Virus record (IMG/VR): IMGVR_UViG_3300003375_000101
Location: 1 to 29,124 of that record
Strand: one strand, 5' to 3'
DNA: 29,124 bases
Origin: a virus
Taxonomy: Duplodnaviria > Caudoviricetes
Shown: one piece after another, positions 7,369 through 14,753 of the stretch
How positions within the stretch are numbered: the stretch's first letter is position 1
Layout: each line of letters starts with the position of its first letter
Notes under the pieces: generated by a model
Database searches by the model: none
The model's input: the letters and a program-made list of their open reading frames with translations, nothing else
What the model was told of the DNA's origin: nothing
Program-made: the position numbers and the translations under genes

Positions 7369-7393
7369 CCTAGTAAGTTGGTAGCTTGCTAGG
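7369..7393 (-). promoter_or_regulatory. leader hairpin upstream of the HNH gene
   Basis: Minus strand CCTAGCAAG-CTACCAA-CTTACTAGG. Followed by CTAACC and an AGGAG RBS. Confidence 0.5.
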
Positions 7394-7410
7394 ATTTTTG
7401 CATTTTACTA

Positions 7411-7602
7411 CTACTGAAGCGTTTGCGTAGGGCTATCCATAGAGAATTCATTTTCACAAAAGACTGTTTGTTTCAGTTGTGCAAGTTTCTCTAGGATTTC
7501 CTGACCTAATGCAAAGGAGTGCTGGGGATCGCCAATAAGTTCTACAACGACCTCTACCTTAGAGTTCGCTCCATCCTTCAGGTAGATGATCGTTGCATTC
7601 AT
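7411..7602 (-). CDS. hypothetical protein
   Basis: ORF track. ATGA coupling. Confidence 0.7.
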   Translation of the reverse strand: MNATIIYLKDGANSKVEVVVELIGDPQHSFALGQEILEKLAQLKQTVFCENEFSMDSPTQTLQ

Positions 7603-7820
7603 TTTATTAGCCTTAGTGTAGTAATAAAGTAATGGGGGAATGCCATTATTAGAGTTCTTAGGTTATCAGGATCAGCTATTAAAGCAGCTTTCCCTATTGT
7701 AACCGCAAAACTACCCTTATCCGCTAGCCTTTCGACGCATTTGATAAGGGCATCCCTACTATGTAATACCTCTAAATCAAACATAAAGCTACCACCAGCA
7801 AGCCAAACATCATCGCGCAT
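7599..7820 (-). CDS. hypothetical protein (GSFA..IG.A...AD..N...L..AFP motif)
   Basis: ORF track. Recurrent phage motif. Start uncertain. Confidence 0.75.
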   Translation of the reverse strand: MRDDVWLAGGSFMFDLEVLHSRDALIKCVERLADKGSFAVTIGKAALIADPDNLRTLIMAFPHYFITTLRLIK

Positions 7821-7829
7821 AGTAGGTCA

Positions 7830-8018
7830 TCAGTTGTCATCTTCATCATCCTCTCCATCCTCCTCTGATCCGTTTACTTCTAGTTCTAAATCCCATTCAT
7901 TCCAGTTCTCGTTATAAGCCTCTTCTAGGGCGCATTCTTCTGCCTCCTCATAATCAGGTGCAGTTACAAATACTGTGACTGTTCCTCGAACTTCGATAGT
8001 GACTGCGTAGCTTTTCAT
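7830..8018 (-). CDS. highly acidic small protein (V.A..YEEAEE motif)
   Basis: ORF track. AAGGAG RBS. Confidence 0.8.
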   Translation of the reverse strand: MKSYAVTIEVRGTVTVFVTAPDYEEAEECALEEAYNENWNEWDLELEVNGSEEDGEDDEDDN

Positions 8019-8019
8019 A

Positions 8020-8292
8020 TTATCTCCTTGTGTAGGGTTTACCCTCAGATTCCCAAATCCTGCCGTTATAAGACATCGTGCCGATCCTCTTGCCGTTGTG
8101 CATCACTACCGGATCAGTCCAGTTGCCCGCACCTATGCCGTTGTCTATCTGCCAATCCCATACCTTCTCGACTAACGCATCTAAGTGACTATCTTTGATA
8201 GTAGCTTGATCTACACCCCACAATGGGGAGTTAGGGTCTTGTCCTTTATCAGGGTTTCCTACTGCCGTAAGTGTTACCTTATACATTCTCAT
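8020..8292 (-). CDS. hypothetical protein (GNPD.GQDP...G.GNW...SYNGR.W)
   Basis: ORF track. GAGGAG RBS. Confidence 0.8.
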   Translation of the reverse strand: MRMYKVTLTAVGNPDKGQDPNSPLWGVDQATIKDSHLDALVEKVWDWQIDNGIGAGNWTDPVVMHNGKRIGTMSYNGRIWESEGKPYTRR

Positions 8293-8462
8293 TTTTCCTC
8301 CTCTGCTGGCTCAAATTTTGGAGTTGTATCTTCTATCTCTTTCCATCTTCCGGTTAAAGATTCACCACGCTCTAATTGTTCTTCTATTGCCTTGAATATC
8401 CAATCTAAACTATATGCCTCATCACTTAAACATAGGTTAATTTCTACTTTATAGTCTTTCAT
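8289..8462 (-). CDS. hypothetical protein, 57 aa (MKDYKVEINLCLSDE...)
   Basis: Translated manually. ATGA overlaps at both ends. Confidence 0.7.
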   Translation of the reverse strand: MKDYKVEINLCLSDEAYSLDWIFKAIEEQLERGESLTGRWKEIEDTTPKFEPAEEEK

Positions 8463-8752
8463 GCTACTTCCTTTCTATGTGATTTAACTTCCTCAATCCA
8501 GTTGTAGATTACATCCCAGCATATACCTACTTCGCAGTCGTGATACTTATCCATCAGTTTTAATACTTTTTGTGCCTCTTTATCCGTCAATTCATGCTCA
8601 TCCTCATCACCCTCCCAGCCATCAGCACATTCATGGATATCAGATATATGCCACCAGCTAGCCATCCAGTCAGGATCAGTTAATCGGGCAATATCTTGTG
8701 ATGTAGGTATATCTTGTCCTTCCGGTAAATCAATCTCAATCGTTACTTTCAT
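8459..8752 (-). CDS. acidic hypothetical protein (WHISDI...LTD.EA..VL...HD...GI.WD)
   Basis: ORF track. AGGAG RBS. Confidence 0.8.
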   Translation of the reverse strand: MKVTIEIDLPEGQDIPTSQDIARLTDPDWMASWWHISDIHECADGWEGDEDEHELTDKEAQKVLKLMDKYHDCEVGICWDVIYNWIEEVKSHRKEVA

Positions 8753-8753
8753 C

Positions 8754-8897
8754 TTATTCTCCTATGATCCATGTAATTACTACGCTAGAAAACAACATTC
8801 CAGCAATCAAAAACCAATTAACTGCGTACTGTTGCGACTGTCCATAAAAGCACGTCAAAAAGATTAGTCCCATAATCCACATTAGCAATAAATTCAT
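8754..8897 (-). CDS. 47-aa protein with two predicted TM segments
   Basis: Translated manually: MNLLLMWIMGLIFLTCFYGQSQQYAVNWFLIAGMLFSSVVITWIIGE. ATGA coupling. Confidence 0.7.
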   Translation of the reverse strand: MNLLLMWIMGLIFLTCFYGQSQQYAVNWFLIAGMLFSSVVITWIIGE

Positions 8898-9079
8898 GAT
8901 CTATCCCCTATCCTTTTACCAGTATCTACCTTGTAGTTACGCGCCAATTCCTCCATAAATCTAGATAAGTGATAAGTAATATCCTCACCATCTTCTAAGT
9001 CTAAAATGCCATGTATGCGCTGATAAATATACTTTGTAGCTACTGTGCTATTTCCCCAGCCATTAGTTTCTTGCTTCAT
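8894..9079 (-). CDS. hypothetical protein
   Basis: ORF track. GGGAG RBS. Confidence 0.75.
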   Translation of the reverse strand: MKQETNGWGNSTVATKYIYQRIHGILDLEDGEDITYHLSRFMEELARNYKVDTGKRIGDRS

Positions 9080-9254
9080 TTTCTCTCCCTATCTGCTCAC
9101 ATTCGCAAAAAAAGCAAGTGTAATCATCGCTAGGATCGCAATTACTGCACTCTATTGTTGGCTTCAATACGTTACCCCTTCTGTAAAAATCTTCCAATAA
9201 ATCTTCTCTATACTTTAGCCATTGATCTCCTGTCATAGCTTCAATATCAATCAT
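9063..9254 (-). CDS. small Zn-finger-like protein (CSNC...CFFCEC)
   Basis: Start probably MIDIE at 9254 (GGAGG RBS, ATGA overlap). Confidence 0.75.
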   Translation of the reverse strand: MIDIEAMTGDQWLKYREDLLEDFYRRGNVLKPTIECSNCDPSDDYTCFFCECEQIGRENEARN

Positions 9255-9433
9255 GATTCCTCCCATGTGCGCGAGTTGTATTCGTCAATCACTTCTCTTA
9301 GTGTCATGTTTTCGTATCCTTTTCCCTTTAAAAGAATAAAGTAGAGATATTCCGCATCATTGTTTTCTAACCCGTGCTTAATCGTTGCAATATCATCCGA
9401 GATAAGACGGTCAATCATTGTTTCTCTATTCAT
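9251..9433 (-). CDS. hypothetical protein (MNRETMIDRL...)
   Basis: ATG at 9433 with GGAG RBS, 1 nt after the upstream stop. Confidence 0.75.
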   Translation of the reverse strand: MNRETMIDRLISDDIATIKHGLENNDAEYLYFILLKGKGYENMTLREVIDEYNSRTWEES

Positions 9434-9434
9434 T

Positions 9435-9662
9435 TTATTGCTCTCCGTTGTATTCTGAATAAATTTCAACATCAGCAAAACCCCATTCTAGGTCGTTGTC
9501 ATCTAGCATTTGTTGCATTTGTTCCTCTGCTTCCTCTTTGCTGTTTGCCTCAATTCCTACTATAAGAGTTTGTTTTTCAACTGCAAAAAATTCGTATCTT
9601 GTCATTTTCTTATCTTCCATGAGTTGTCCTATAAATTGATCGTGTCCATCTATCCAGTCCAT
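9435..9662 (-). CDS. acidic protein (IEANSKEEAEE motif)
   Basis: ORF track. AGGAGG RBS. Confidence 0.8.
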   Translation of the reverse strand: MDWIDGHDQFIGQLMEDKKMTRYEFFAVEKQTLIVGIEANSKEEAEEQMQQMLDDNDLEWGFADVEIYSEYNGEQ

Positions 9663-9665
9663 TTT

Positions 9666-9818
9666 TTAGCCTCCTACTACGTGAGACAGCATTTTTAATT
9701 CTTGCGCGAGTTTTTCTATTGCTTTTTTAGCCCGTTCCTTCTGTTTTGAGTCTTTGCTTTGGCTTAAAACGTGCCTCTGCCAATAGATAGAGTTTTCTAG
9801 GGTCTTTTGCGTGTTCAT
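9666..9818 (-). CDS. hypothetical protein, 50 aa (MNTQKTLENSIYWQ...)
   Basis: Translated manually. GGAG RBS, fills the operon gap. Confidence 0.7.
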   Translation of the reverse strand: MNTQKTLENSIYWQRHVLSQSKDSKQKERAKKAIEKLAQELKMLSHVVGG

Positions 9819-9820
9819 GG

Positions 9821-10300
9821 TTAAACTCTCCTTCCATCTTCGTCAAAGTCGTATCCGTTGATTTCCATCATTTCTGCGATATACTCCTCTGAATCTTGCC
9901 ACTCCATGTCTGCAATAATCCCGCGCTTGCCCGCCTCAATAGCCTCATTAAAGGCTTTTAAAGCGCATCCGGTTTCCTTCATGCTGTCAGCCATCGCTTC
10001 GAGGAGGTCGCACTCTAAACAGTATCCAGTAAGGCTCAAGGCTCTATTTTTTTCTACTTGTTTAAGAGTTAATCCCCTAAAATGCTCATTTTCTGCATTT
10101 GTTGTAATGTAGGAATGAGAGCAAGTGGTAAGAGAATAATCTTTCAAAGTAACCCCGAAAAGATCACAAAAGGCTTTTATAGTGTCGATGCCCTCATCAA
10201 TCCAAACGTAGCCACTCTCGGAGAACCATTCGCGGGCGCGTTGTTTTGCGCTATCTTCTAATTCTGCGTATTGGTAAATATTGATCTCAATAGTTTTCAT
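9821..10300 (-). CDS. conserved phage/plasmid early protein (Y.Y.EL...AK..AR.W...LTGYC...NGY.F.EDG)
   Basis: Start MKTIE at 10300 with AAGGA RBS. From memory, this family is sometimes auto-annotated as an antitoxin; function not verified. Confidence 0.8.
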   Translation of the reverse strand: MKTIEINIYQYAELEDSAKQRAREWFSESGYVWIDEGIDTIKAFCDLFGVTLKDYSLTTCSHSYITTNAENEHFRGLTLKQVEKNRALSLTGYCLECDLLEAMADSMKETGCALKAFNEAIEAGKRGIIADMEWQDSEEYIAEMMEINGYDFDEDGRRV

Positions 10301-10455
10301 GATCCTAAGTCCTTTAAAAGTTGCTCTAATTCCCACTTAATAACCAAAAACTGTCGCGCTTCTCTCTGTTTTCTGAGTTTTTCCAGTTTTTTTCCGTGGA
10401 AAATGTCCATAATCTTTAAAATATAGGTGTCATAGGTTGGATTGTGCGCGTTCAT
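10297..10455 (-). CDS. hypothetical protein, 52 aa (MNAHNPTYDTYILKIMDIF...)
   Basis: Translated manually. AGGAG RBS, ATGA overlaps at both ends. Confidence 0.65.
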   Translation of the reverse strand: MNAHNPTYDTYILKIMDIFHGKKLEKLRKQREARQFLVIKWELEQLLKDLGS

Positions 10456-10682
10456 GCTGGCTGCTCCTGAGTTAGTCCGTCAAAATACGCTTGCGGCTTA
10501 GTAATCGCGCAGTGCGCCCACTTGTTTATGTGGCGCGTTGTGGTGTTGCTCCACTTCTTATCAGTCTTATAAAACTGTCCGTCTTTCCAGCTTGCAACGG
10601 GTGTTTTATAGCTAAATAAGACTTGTGTGCCGTCGTTAAGGGTGATCTCTGTCATATTGCTAGCGATTGGGTTAAGTTTCAT
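10452..10682 (-). CDS. conserved phage early protein (FSY.TPVA...WS.TT.RHI)
   Basis: Start MKLNP at 10682 with GGAGG RBS. Recurrent phage motif. Confidence 0.8.
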   Translation of the reverse strand: MKLNPIASNMTEITLNDGTQVLFSYKTPVASWKDGQFYKTDKKWSNTTTRHINKWAHCAITKPQAYFDGLTQEQPA

Positions 10683-10873
10683 TTGAATGCCTCCAGTTTT
10701 TGTTTGATGGTTTCTGTTGCGTGTATATAAATCAAATCCATCATTGGCTCGCACGTTTGCGACTCTATGTCATCCAAAAAAGACAACATTTCGCTTCTAC
10801 TGGATAGCCCGTCTATTTTGTTATCAATTAGGGCATAAGCCCTATTTAATGCGTTGATGTGTGCATTTATCAT
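10679..10873 (-). CDS. hypothetical protein (MINAHINAL...)
   Basis: AAGGGG RBS before the ATG at 10873. Confidence 0.7.
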   Translation of the reverse strand: MINAHINALNRAYALIDNKIDGLSSRSEMLSFLDDIESQTCEPMMDLIYIHATETIKQKLEAFK

Positions 10874-10883
10874 TACTAACCCC

Positions 10884-11201
10884 TTAAAAGTTGGCAAAAA
10901 TGATAGTTTCGTCAGTTGTTCCGATTACGCTTGTTTCATCGTTTAGGTAATCAATAACGGCTTGGGGGATGTCTTCGGGGTTTAGGTCGTCTCCTTCACC
11001 TATCGAATAGGCTTCGGCGGCTTCCTCGTATGTCATTTCTGAAAAGTCGCAACAAACTGCAATAACATCCAATTCAGAGTCGGGGTCGACCTCTTCGAGA
11101 TAATCATAGATCAATTCCAATGCCTCATAAGAGAATTGCTCTCCTCTGCCCATGTGTTTGAATGCATCGCGGAAATCGCCTAAATATACTGTCTGTTTCA
11201 T
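10884..11201 (-). CDS. conserved acidic phage protein (F..MGR...FSYEAL..YL...ELDVIA.CC.F.E)
   Basis: Start MKQTV at 11201 with GAGGA RBS. The longer call runs through the ribozyme. Confidence 0.82.
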   Translation of the reverse strand: MKQTVYLGDFRDAFKHMGRGEQFSYEALELIYDYLEEVDPDSELDVIAVCCDFSEMTYEEAAEAYSIGEGDDLNPEDIPQAVIDYLNDETSVIGTTDETIIFANF

Positions 11202-11230
11202 GGTGTCTATTCCTCTTGGGTTAGTGTTTC

Positions 11231-11282
11231 GATTAAGACGGGATTGCTCCCGTTTCGCCTCATCAAGGCTCATCAGTTAATC
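11231..11282 (-). ncRNA. type I hammerhead ribozyme
   Basis: Minus strand GATTAA-CTGATGA-GCCT tgatg AGGC-GAAA-CGGGA gcaa TCCCG-TC^TTAATC. Intact core and three stems. GUC cleavage predicted between 11237 and 11236. Confidence 0.93.
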
Positions 11283-11483
11283 TATACTTCTTGGGTAGTG
11301 CTTAACAGGGATATTCATAGCTAGCAGTTTTTCTACTGCGTAATCATAAGAATCGCGCCAAGAGTTGTGGCGTTCGGTTGAATAGTCTTTCCCCTCTAAG
11401 TTGACCGATATCATATAAGTCGCTACGTCTAGGGTATTGATTAAGGCGGCAATCTCTTTGCCTTGTTTGGTGCTTAGTTTCAT
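11277..11483 (-). CDS. hypothetical protein, first gene of the leftward operon
   Basis: ORF track. AAGGA RBS. Confidence 0.78.
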   Translation of the reverse strand: MKLSTKQGKEIAALINTLDVATYMISVNLEGKDYSTERHNSWRDSYDYAVEKLLAMNIPVKHYPRSID

Positions 11484-11549
11484 GTGTTCTATTCCTTGTA
11501 GGTTAGTAATCTATTGTATTTAGTTCATGCGATGTATTGCATGGATTTG

Positions 11550-11579
11550 ATTATAATCACAAAAGAAAACTAAACGCAA
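11550..11579 (-). promoter_or_regulatory. sigma70 promoter of the leftward early operon
   Basis: TTGCGT (11579-11574), 18-bp spacer, TATAAT (11555-11550). Leader hairpin CATGC...GCATG at 11526-11543. Confidence 0.6.
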
Positions 11580-11873
11580 AGCCTTATTTTTTAGTCAAGT
11601 ATTGCCCTTATATATAAAGGGTTCGCGGGTTGTTGCTCTGTTGTTTTTATGGTAAAGCTCGCCTCATGAGCTACCAAAAGCGGGTAATTTTGGGGTGCGT
11701 TTTTGGGTGTGTTTTACCCTCATTTTTAAGCCCTTACGATCAAGTTAAAAGCGCGCCTCCGTTCCTCTTGGATGGCTTGAGGGATGCTTCACCAGTAGGA
11801 GAGAATACATAAGATCTAATAGAGAGAATGACTAACTTATCCCTCTCATGGTTAACTTGTTAACCTTAACTAT

Positions 11874-11908
11874 TACTGTATATCCATCCAGTATGTATAT
11901 AATCACAG
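11874..11908. promoter_or_regulatory. tandem LexA (SOS) boxes
   Basis: TA-CTGTATATCCATCCAG-TA (CTG-N10-CAG at 11876-11891) and degenerate ATGTATATAATCACAG (11893-11908). Confidence 0.7.
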
Positions 11909-11952
11909 TATGTGTGATACACTCTTTTCCATGTTCTTATCTTATTCCCGTC

Positions 11953-12654
11953 ATGGTCGCTAAGCTAACCCGTCAACAGGTCAAAGAAGCCCTAAAGAGT
12001 GCTGATGTCTCTACTCTGTTAACTAATAGCAGTAGGACTCTTACTCATAAACAAAAGACCTTCGCGAAGGAGTTAGCATTAGGTTCGACTGGTGCAGATG
12101 CTTATAGGAAGGCTTACAACTCGAAGGCTAAACCTAAAGTGGTTGGGGATAGTGCGAGCAAACTAAAAAAAGACCCTAGAATTATGTCGGAAATAGATGC
12201 CATTAAGGAGGCTATAGAGTTCAGGAAACTATATACAGAGGCTCAATTAAAGGCTCTGATTGTTTCAAGACTTACTAAGGAAGCCCTAGACCTTGAGAAT
12301 CCCCCAGCAGTTAGGGTATCTTCCCTTAAGACTTTGGGAACGGTTGCCGGTGTGGATGCCTTTCAGCATATCTCAACTGCTACAGTTATCCATGACTCGA
12401 CAACTGCGCGGGCTAAACTGTTCGACCAGCTTAAGCGGGCTATCGAGGACAACAAGCGGACTGTTGATACCGACGCGATGAGTTTGCTAGATGAGATAAA
12501 GCTAGGCGGAGCGCAAAACGCAGAGGCAAACGGGCAGACTGAGACCCTACCACTCCCCGACCCCCAAGATTCTATTGATGACGGGGTGACATTGTTACAT
12601 AGTACTTCACTCAAAGAATTACCAAATTCACACGGCTTTAACAAAGATGAATAA
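11953..12654 (+). CDS. terS: terminase small subunit
   Basis: LT.KQ..FA......GADAYRKAY HTH signature, upstream of terL. Start 11953 preferred over 11848. Confidence 0.78.
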   Translation: MVAKLTRQQVKEALKSADVSTLLTNSSRTLTHKQKTFAKELALGSTGADAYRKAYNSKAKPKVVGDSASKLKKDPRIMSEIDAIKEAIEFRKLYTEAQLKALIVSRLTKEALDLENPPAVRVSSLKTLGTVAGVDAFQHISTATVIHDSTTARAKLFDQLKRAIEDNKRTVDTDAMSLLDEIKLGGAQNAEANGQTETLPLPDPQDSIDDGVTLLHSTSLKELPNSHGFNKDE

Positions 12655-12720
12655 AATCAACAACTTAACTCCTATGGTTAACATTGTTAACCTTAGCTCC
12701 TCAACAAAATCAATGACTTA
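12655..12720. promoter_or_regulatory. two IHF consensus sites flanking a 7-3-7 palindrome
   Basis: AATCAA-CAAC-TTA (12655-12667) and AATCAA-TGAC-TTA (12708-12720) match WATCAANNNNTTR. GGTTAAC-ATT-GTTAACC at 12676-12692. Confidence 0.7.
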
Positions 12721-12839
12721 CGAATTTTGGATTCCTAAATGTTTCTGGACATCAGGAAAATCGTTACATGAAACACCCCCCCGTCATGTTTCTAAAAGAA
12801 GAGGGGTGGGTGGTATATATAAAAAATTAAGGAACCGAG

Positions 12840-13040
12840 ATGAATAATTGGGTGCTTGGAGAACCTGCAGCTTCTGATCAGATTGCTAGTATTCTAGATA
12901 AAGTAGCTCCTATGGATTCAGATACCATCCGACATCTTGCTGCCCATATTTGGCTGCTCTACGACGATGCGGTGCTGCGCGAAACGGGCCACCTATACAA
13001 TCTCGGAGAAGGTGATCCCCATTGGGAAGGCCATCTGTGA
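12840..13040 (+). CDS. hypothetical protein
   Basis: ORF track. AAGGA RBS. Confidence 0.7.
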   Translation: MNNWVLGEPAASDQIASILDKVAPMDSDTIRHLAAHIWLLYDDAVLRETGHLYNLGEGDPHWEGHL

Positions 13041-13258
13041 CAGAACGTCAGCAACAGATCTTTATGGTCATCTCGGAGTGGTGGAAGATGTATGGCTACG
13101 CGCCCAGCATAGACGACATTATGAATGTTACTGGAGATAGAAGCCGTGGCAACGTCCATCGGATGATGGTAAGGTTGTGCGATTTAGGCCTCTGCAAGAG
13201 GCTGCCCAACGTAGCGCGCAGTATTAGACCAGTTCATATTAGGGTACGGGATCTATGA
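13037..13258 (+). CDS. stand-alone LexA-like N-terminal DNA-binding domain protein
   Basis: MTERQQQIF..I......GYAPSIDDI...G..S...VH.....L...G matches the LexA winged HTH. No peptidase domain. GTGA overlap start. Confidence 0.8.
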   Translation: MTERQQQIFMVISEWWKMYGYAPSIDDIMNVTGDRSRGNVHRMMVRLCDLGLCKRLPNVARSIRPVHIRVRDL

Positions 13259-14745
13259 TAGATTTCGAGAAAGTCGTAGAGACTTTACCGATTAATGAGC
13301 AAGAAGCTTTTCTTGAGAATGCTCAAGGGTATCTAGACTCCCTAAAGAGAGAAGCTGCTCAAAAAGACTTTATGGCGTTTGTCCACGAAATGTGGCCTGG
13401 ATTCATCCACGGCAGACATCACGCGATTTTATCTAAGAAGTTTCAGGAAATCCAAGAAGGCAAGTTAAAGAGATTAATGATCTCCCTGCCTCCAAGACAT
13501 ACCAAGTCCGAGTTTGGATCATATCTTCTTCCGGCATGGTTTCTAGGAAATAACCCCAGCAAGAAGATCATCCAATGTTCTAACACGGCTGAATTGGCAG
13601 TTGGCTTTGGCCGTAAAGTTCGTAACTTAGTTGGATCAGAACAGTATGCTAGGGTATTCCCTAACGTAAACCTTAGATCGGATAGTAAAGCAGCGGGGCG
13701 GTGGTCAACCAACGTCGATGGAGATTACTTCGCTATCGGTGTAGGCGGTACTGTTACTGGTAAAGGTGCGGACTTACTGATTATTGACGATCCACACTCA
13801 GAGCAAGAGGCGGCAATAGCGTCTAGCAACCCAGAAGTCTACGATAAAGTGTACGAATGGTACTCTTCAGGCCCAAGACAACGACTTCAGCCTGGCGGAG
13901 CGATCATTGTCATTATGACTCGGTGGTCAAAACGGGATTTGATTGGAAAAATCCTGCAAATGAATGCGGAAAGAGACGGAGAAGACTGGGAAGTGATCAA
14001 TCTTCCTGCGATTTTGCCGTCTGGTAACTCATTATGGCCCGAATTCTGGAGTATTGAAGAGCTAACCGCCCTTAAAAATGAACTTCCAGTCTCTAAATGG
14101 AATGCACAGTACCAACAAAGCCCTACAGGAGACTCTGGAGCGCTAGTAAAGCGCGAGTGGTGGAAGCTATGGGAAGGTGAAGACCCTCCAAAGTGTGAAT
14201 ACATCATTCAATCATGGGATACAGCCTTTACTAAGAATGAGCGGTCAGACTATTCTGCTTGTACTACATGGGGAGTCTTCTATAAGAATGAAAACCCAGA
14301 TGATTCCAACATTATTCTGCTAGACGCATTCAAATCGCGCATGGAATTTCCAGAACTTAAAGCAAAAGCAATGGAGATGTACAAAGAATGGGAGCCTGAT
14401 GCATTCATTATTGAAGCAAAAGCTTCTGGCGCACCATTAATCTACGAATTGCGTAGCATGGGTATACCCGTATCAGAGTTTACACCTACTCGTGGGAATG
14501 ATAAGATATCCCGCATGAATTCCGTAACAGATTTGTTTGCATCTGGGAAGGTTTGGGCGCCAGGAAGACGGTGGGCAGAGGAAGTAATTGAAGAGATGGC
14601 AGCATTTCCAAACTCAGACCATGACGACTTAGTTGACTCCGCAACGCAAGCCCTTATCAGATACAGAAAAGGTGGATTTGTAAGACTACCAACAGATGAG
14701 CAAGACGAACCAATTAATTTTAGACGCAAAGCAGCATACTACTAG
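13255..14745 (+). CDS. terL: terminase large subunit
   Basis: LPPRHTKS Walker A, LLIIDDP Walker B, MTRW motif, SWDTA and HDDLVD nuclease motifs. Confidence 0.96.
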   Translation: MIDFEKVVETLPINEQEAFLENAQGYLDSLKREAAQKDFMAFVHEMWPGFIHGRHHAILSKKFQEIQEGKLKRLMISLPPRHTKSEFGSYLLPAWFLGNNPSKKIIQCSNTAELAVGFGRKVRNLVGSEQYARVFPNVNLRSDSKAAGRWSTNVDGDYFAIGVGGTVTGKGADLLIIDDPHSEQEAAIASSNPEVYDKVYEWYSSGPRQRLQPGGAIIVIMTRWSKRDLIGKILQMNAERDGEDWEVINLPAILPSGNSLWPEFWSIEELTALKNELPVSKWNAQYQQSPTGDSGALVKREWWKLWEGEDPPKCEYIIQSWDTAFTKNERSDYSACTTWGVFYKNENPDDSNIILLDAFKSRMEFPELKAKAMEMYKEWEPDAFIIEAKASGAPLIYELRSMGIPVSEFTPTRGNDKISRMNSVTDLFASGKVWAPGRRWAEEVIEEMAAFPNSDHDDLVDSATQALIRYRKGGFVRLPTDEQDEPINFRRKAAYY

Positions 14746-14753
14746 GACACACT

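Noticed and set aside
8033-8045. TAGGGTTTACCCT copy matching the 2083 dyad
   Set aside because: It lies inside a CDS (EGKPY codons) and may be chance; a single occurrence is insufficient.
11202-11273. N-terminal extension of ORF 10884-11273
   Set aside because: It runs through the hammerhead core, and the RBS supports the ATG at 11201.
11688-11715. Short tandem TTTTGGG(G)TG(C/T)GTTTT repeat in the divergent intergenic region
   Set aside because: Only two degenerate low-complexity copies; too weak to assign a function.
11848-11952. Longer terS start at 11848
   Set aside because: The extension covers a palindrome and the SOS boxes and does not look protein-like. The true start remains uncertain.
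12647-12847. 66-aa ORF after terS
   Set aside because: The sequence is explained by IHF sites, a palindrome and C/G runs (KINNL and KSMTY are translated IHF boxes). It cannot be fully excluded.
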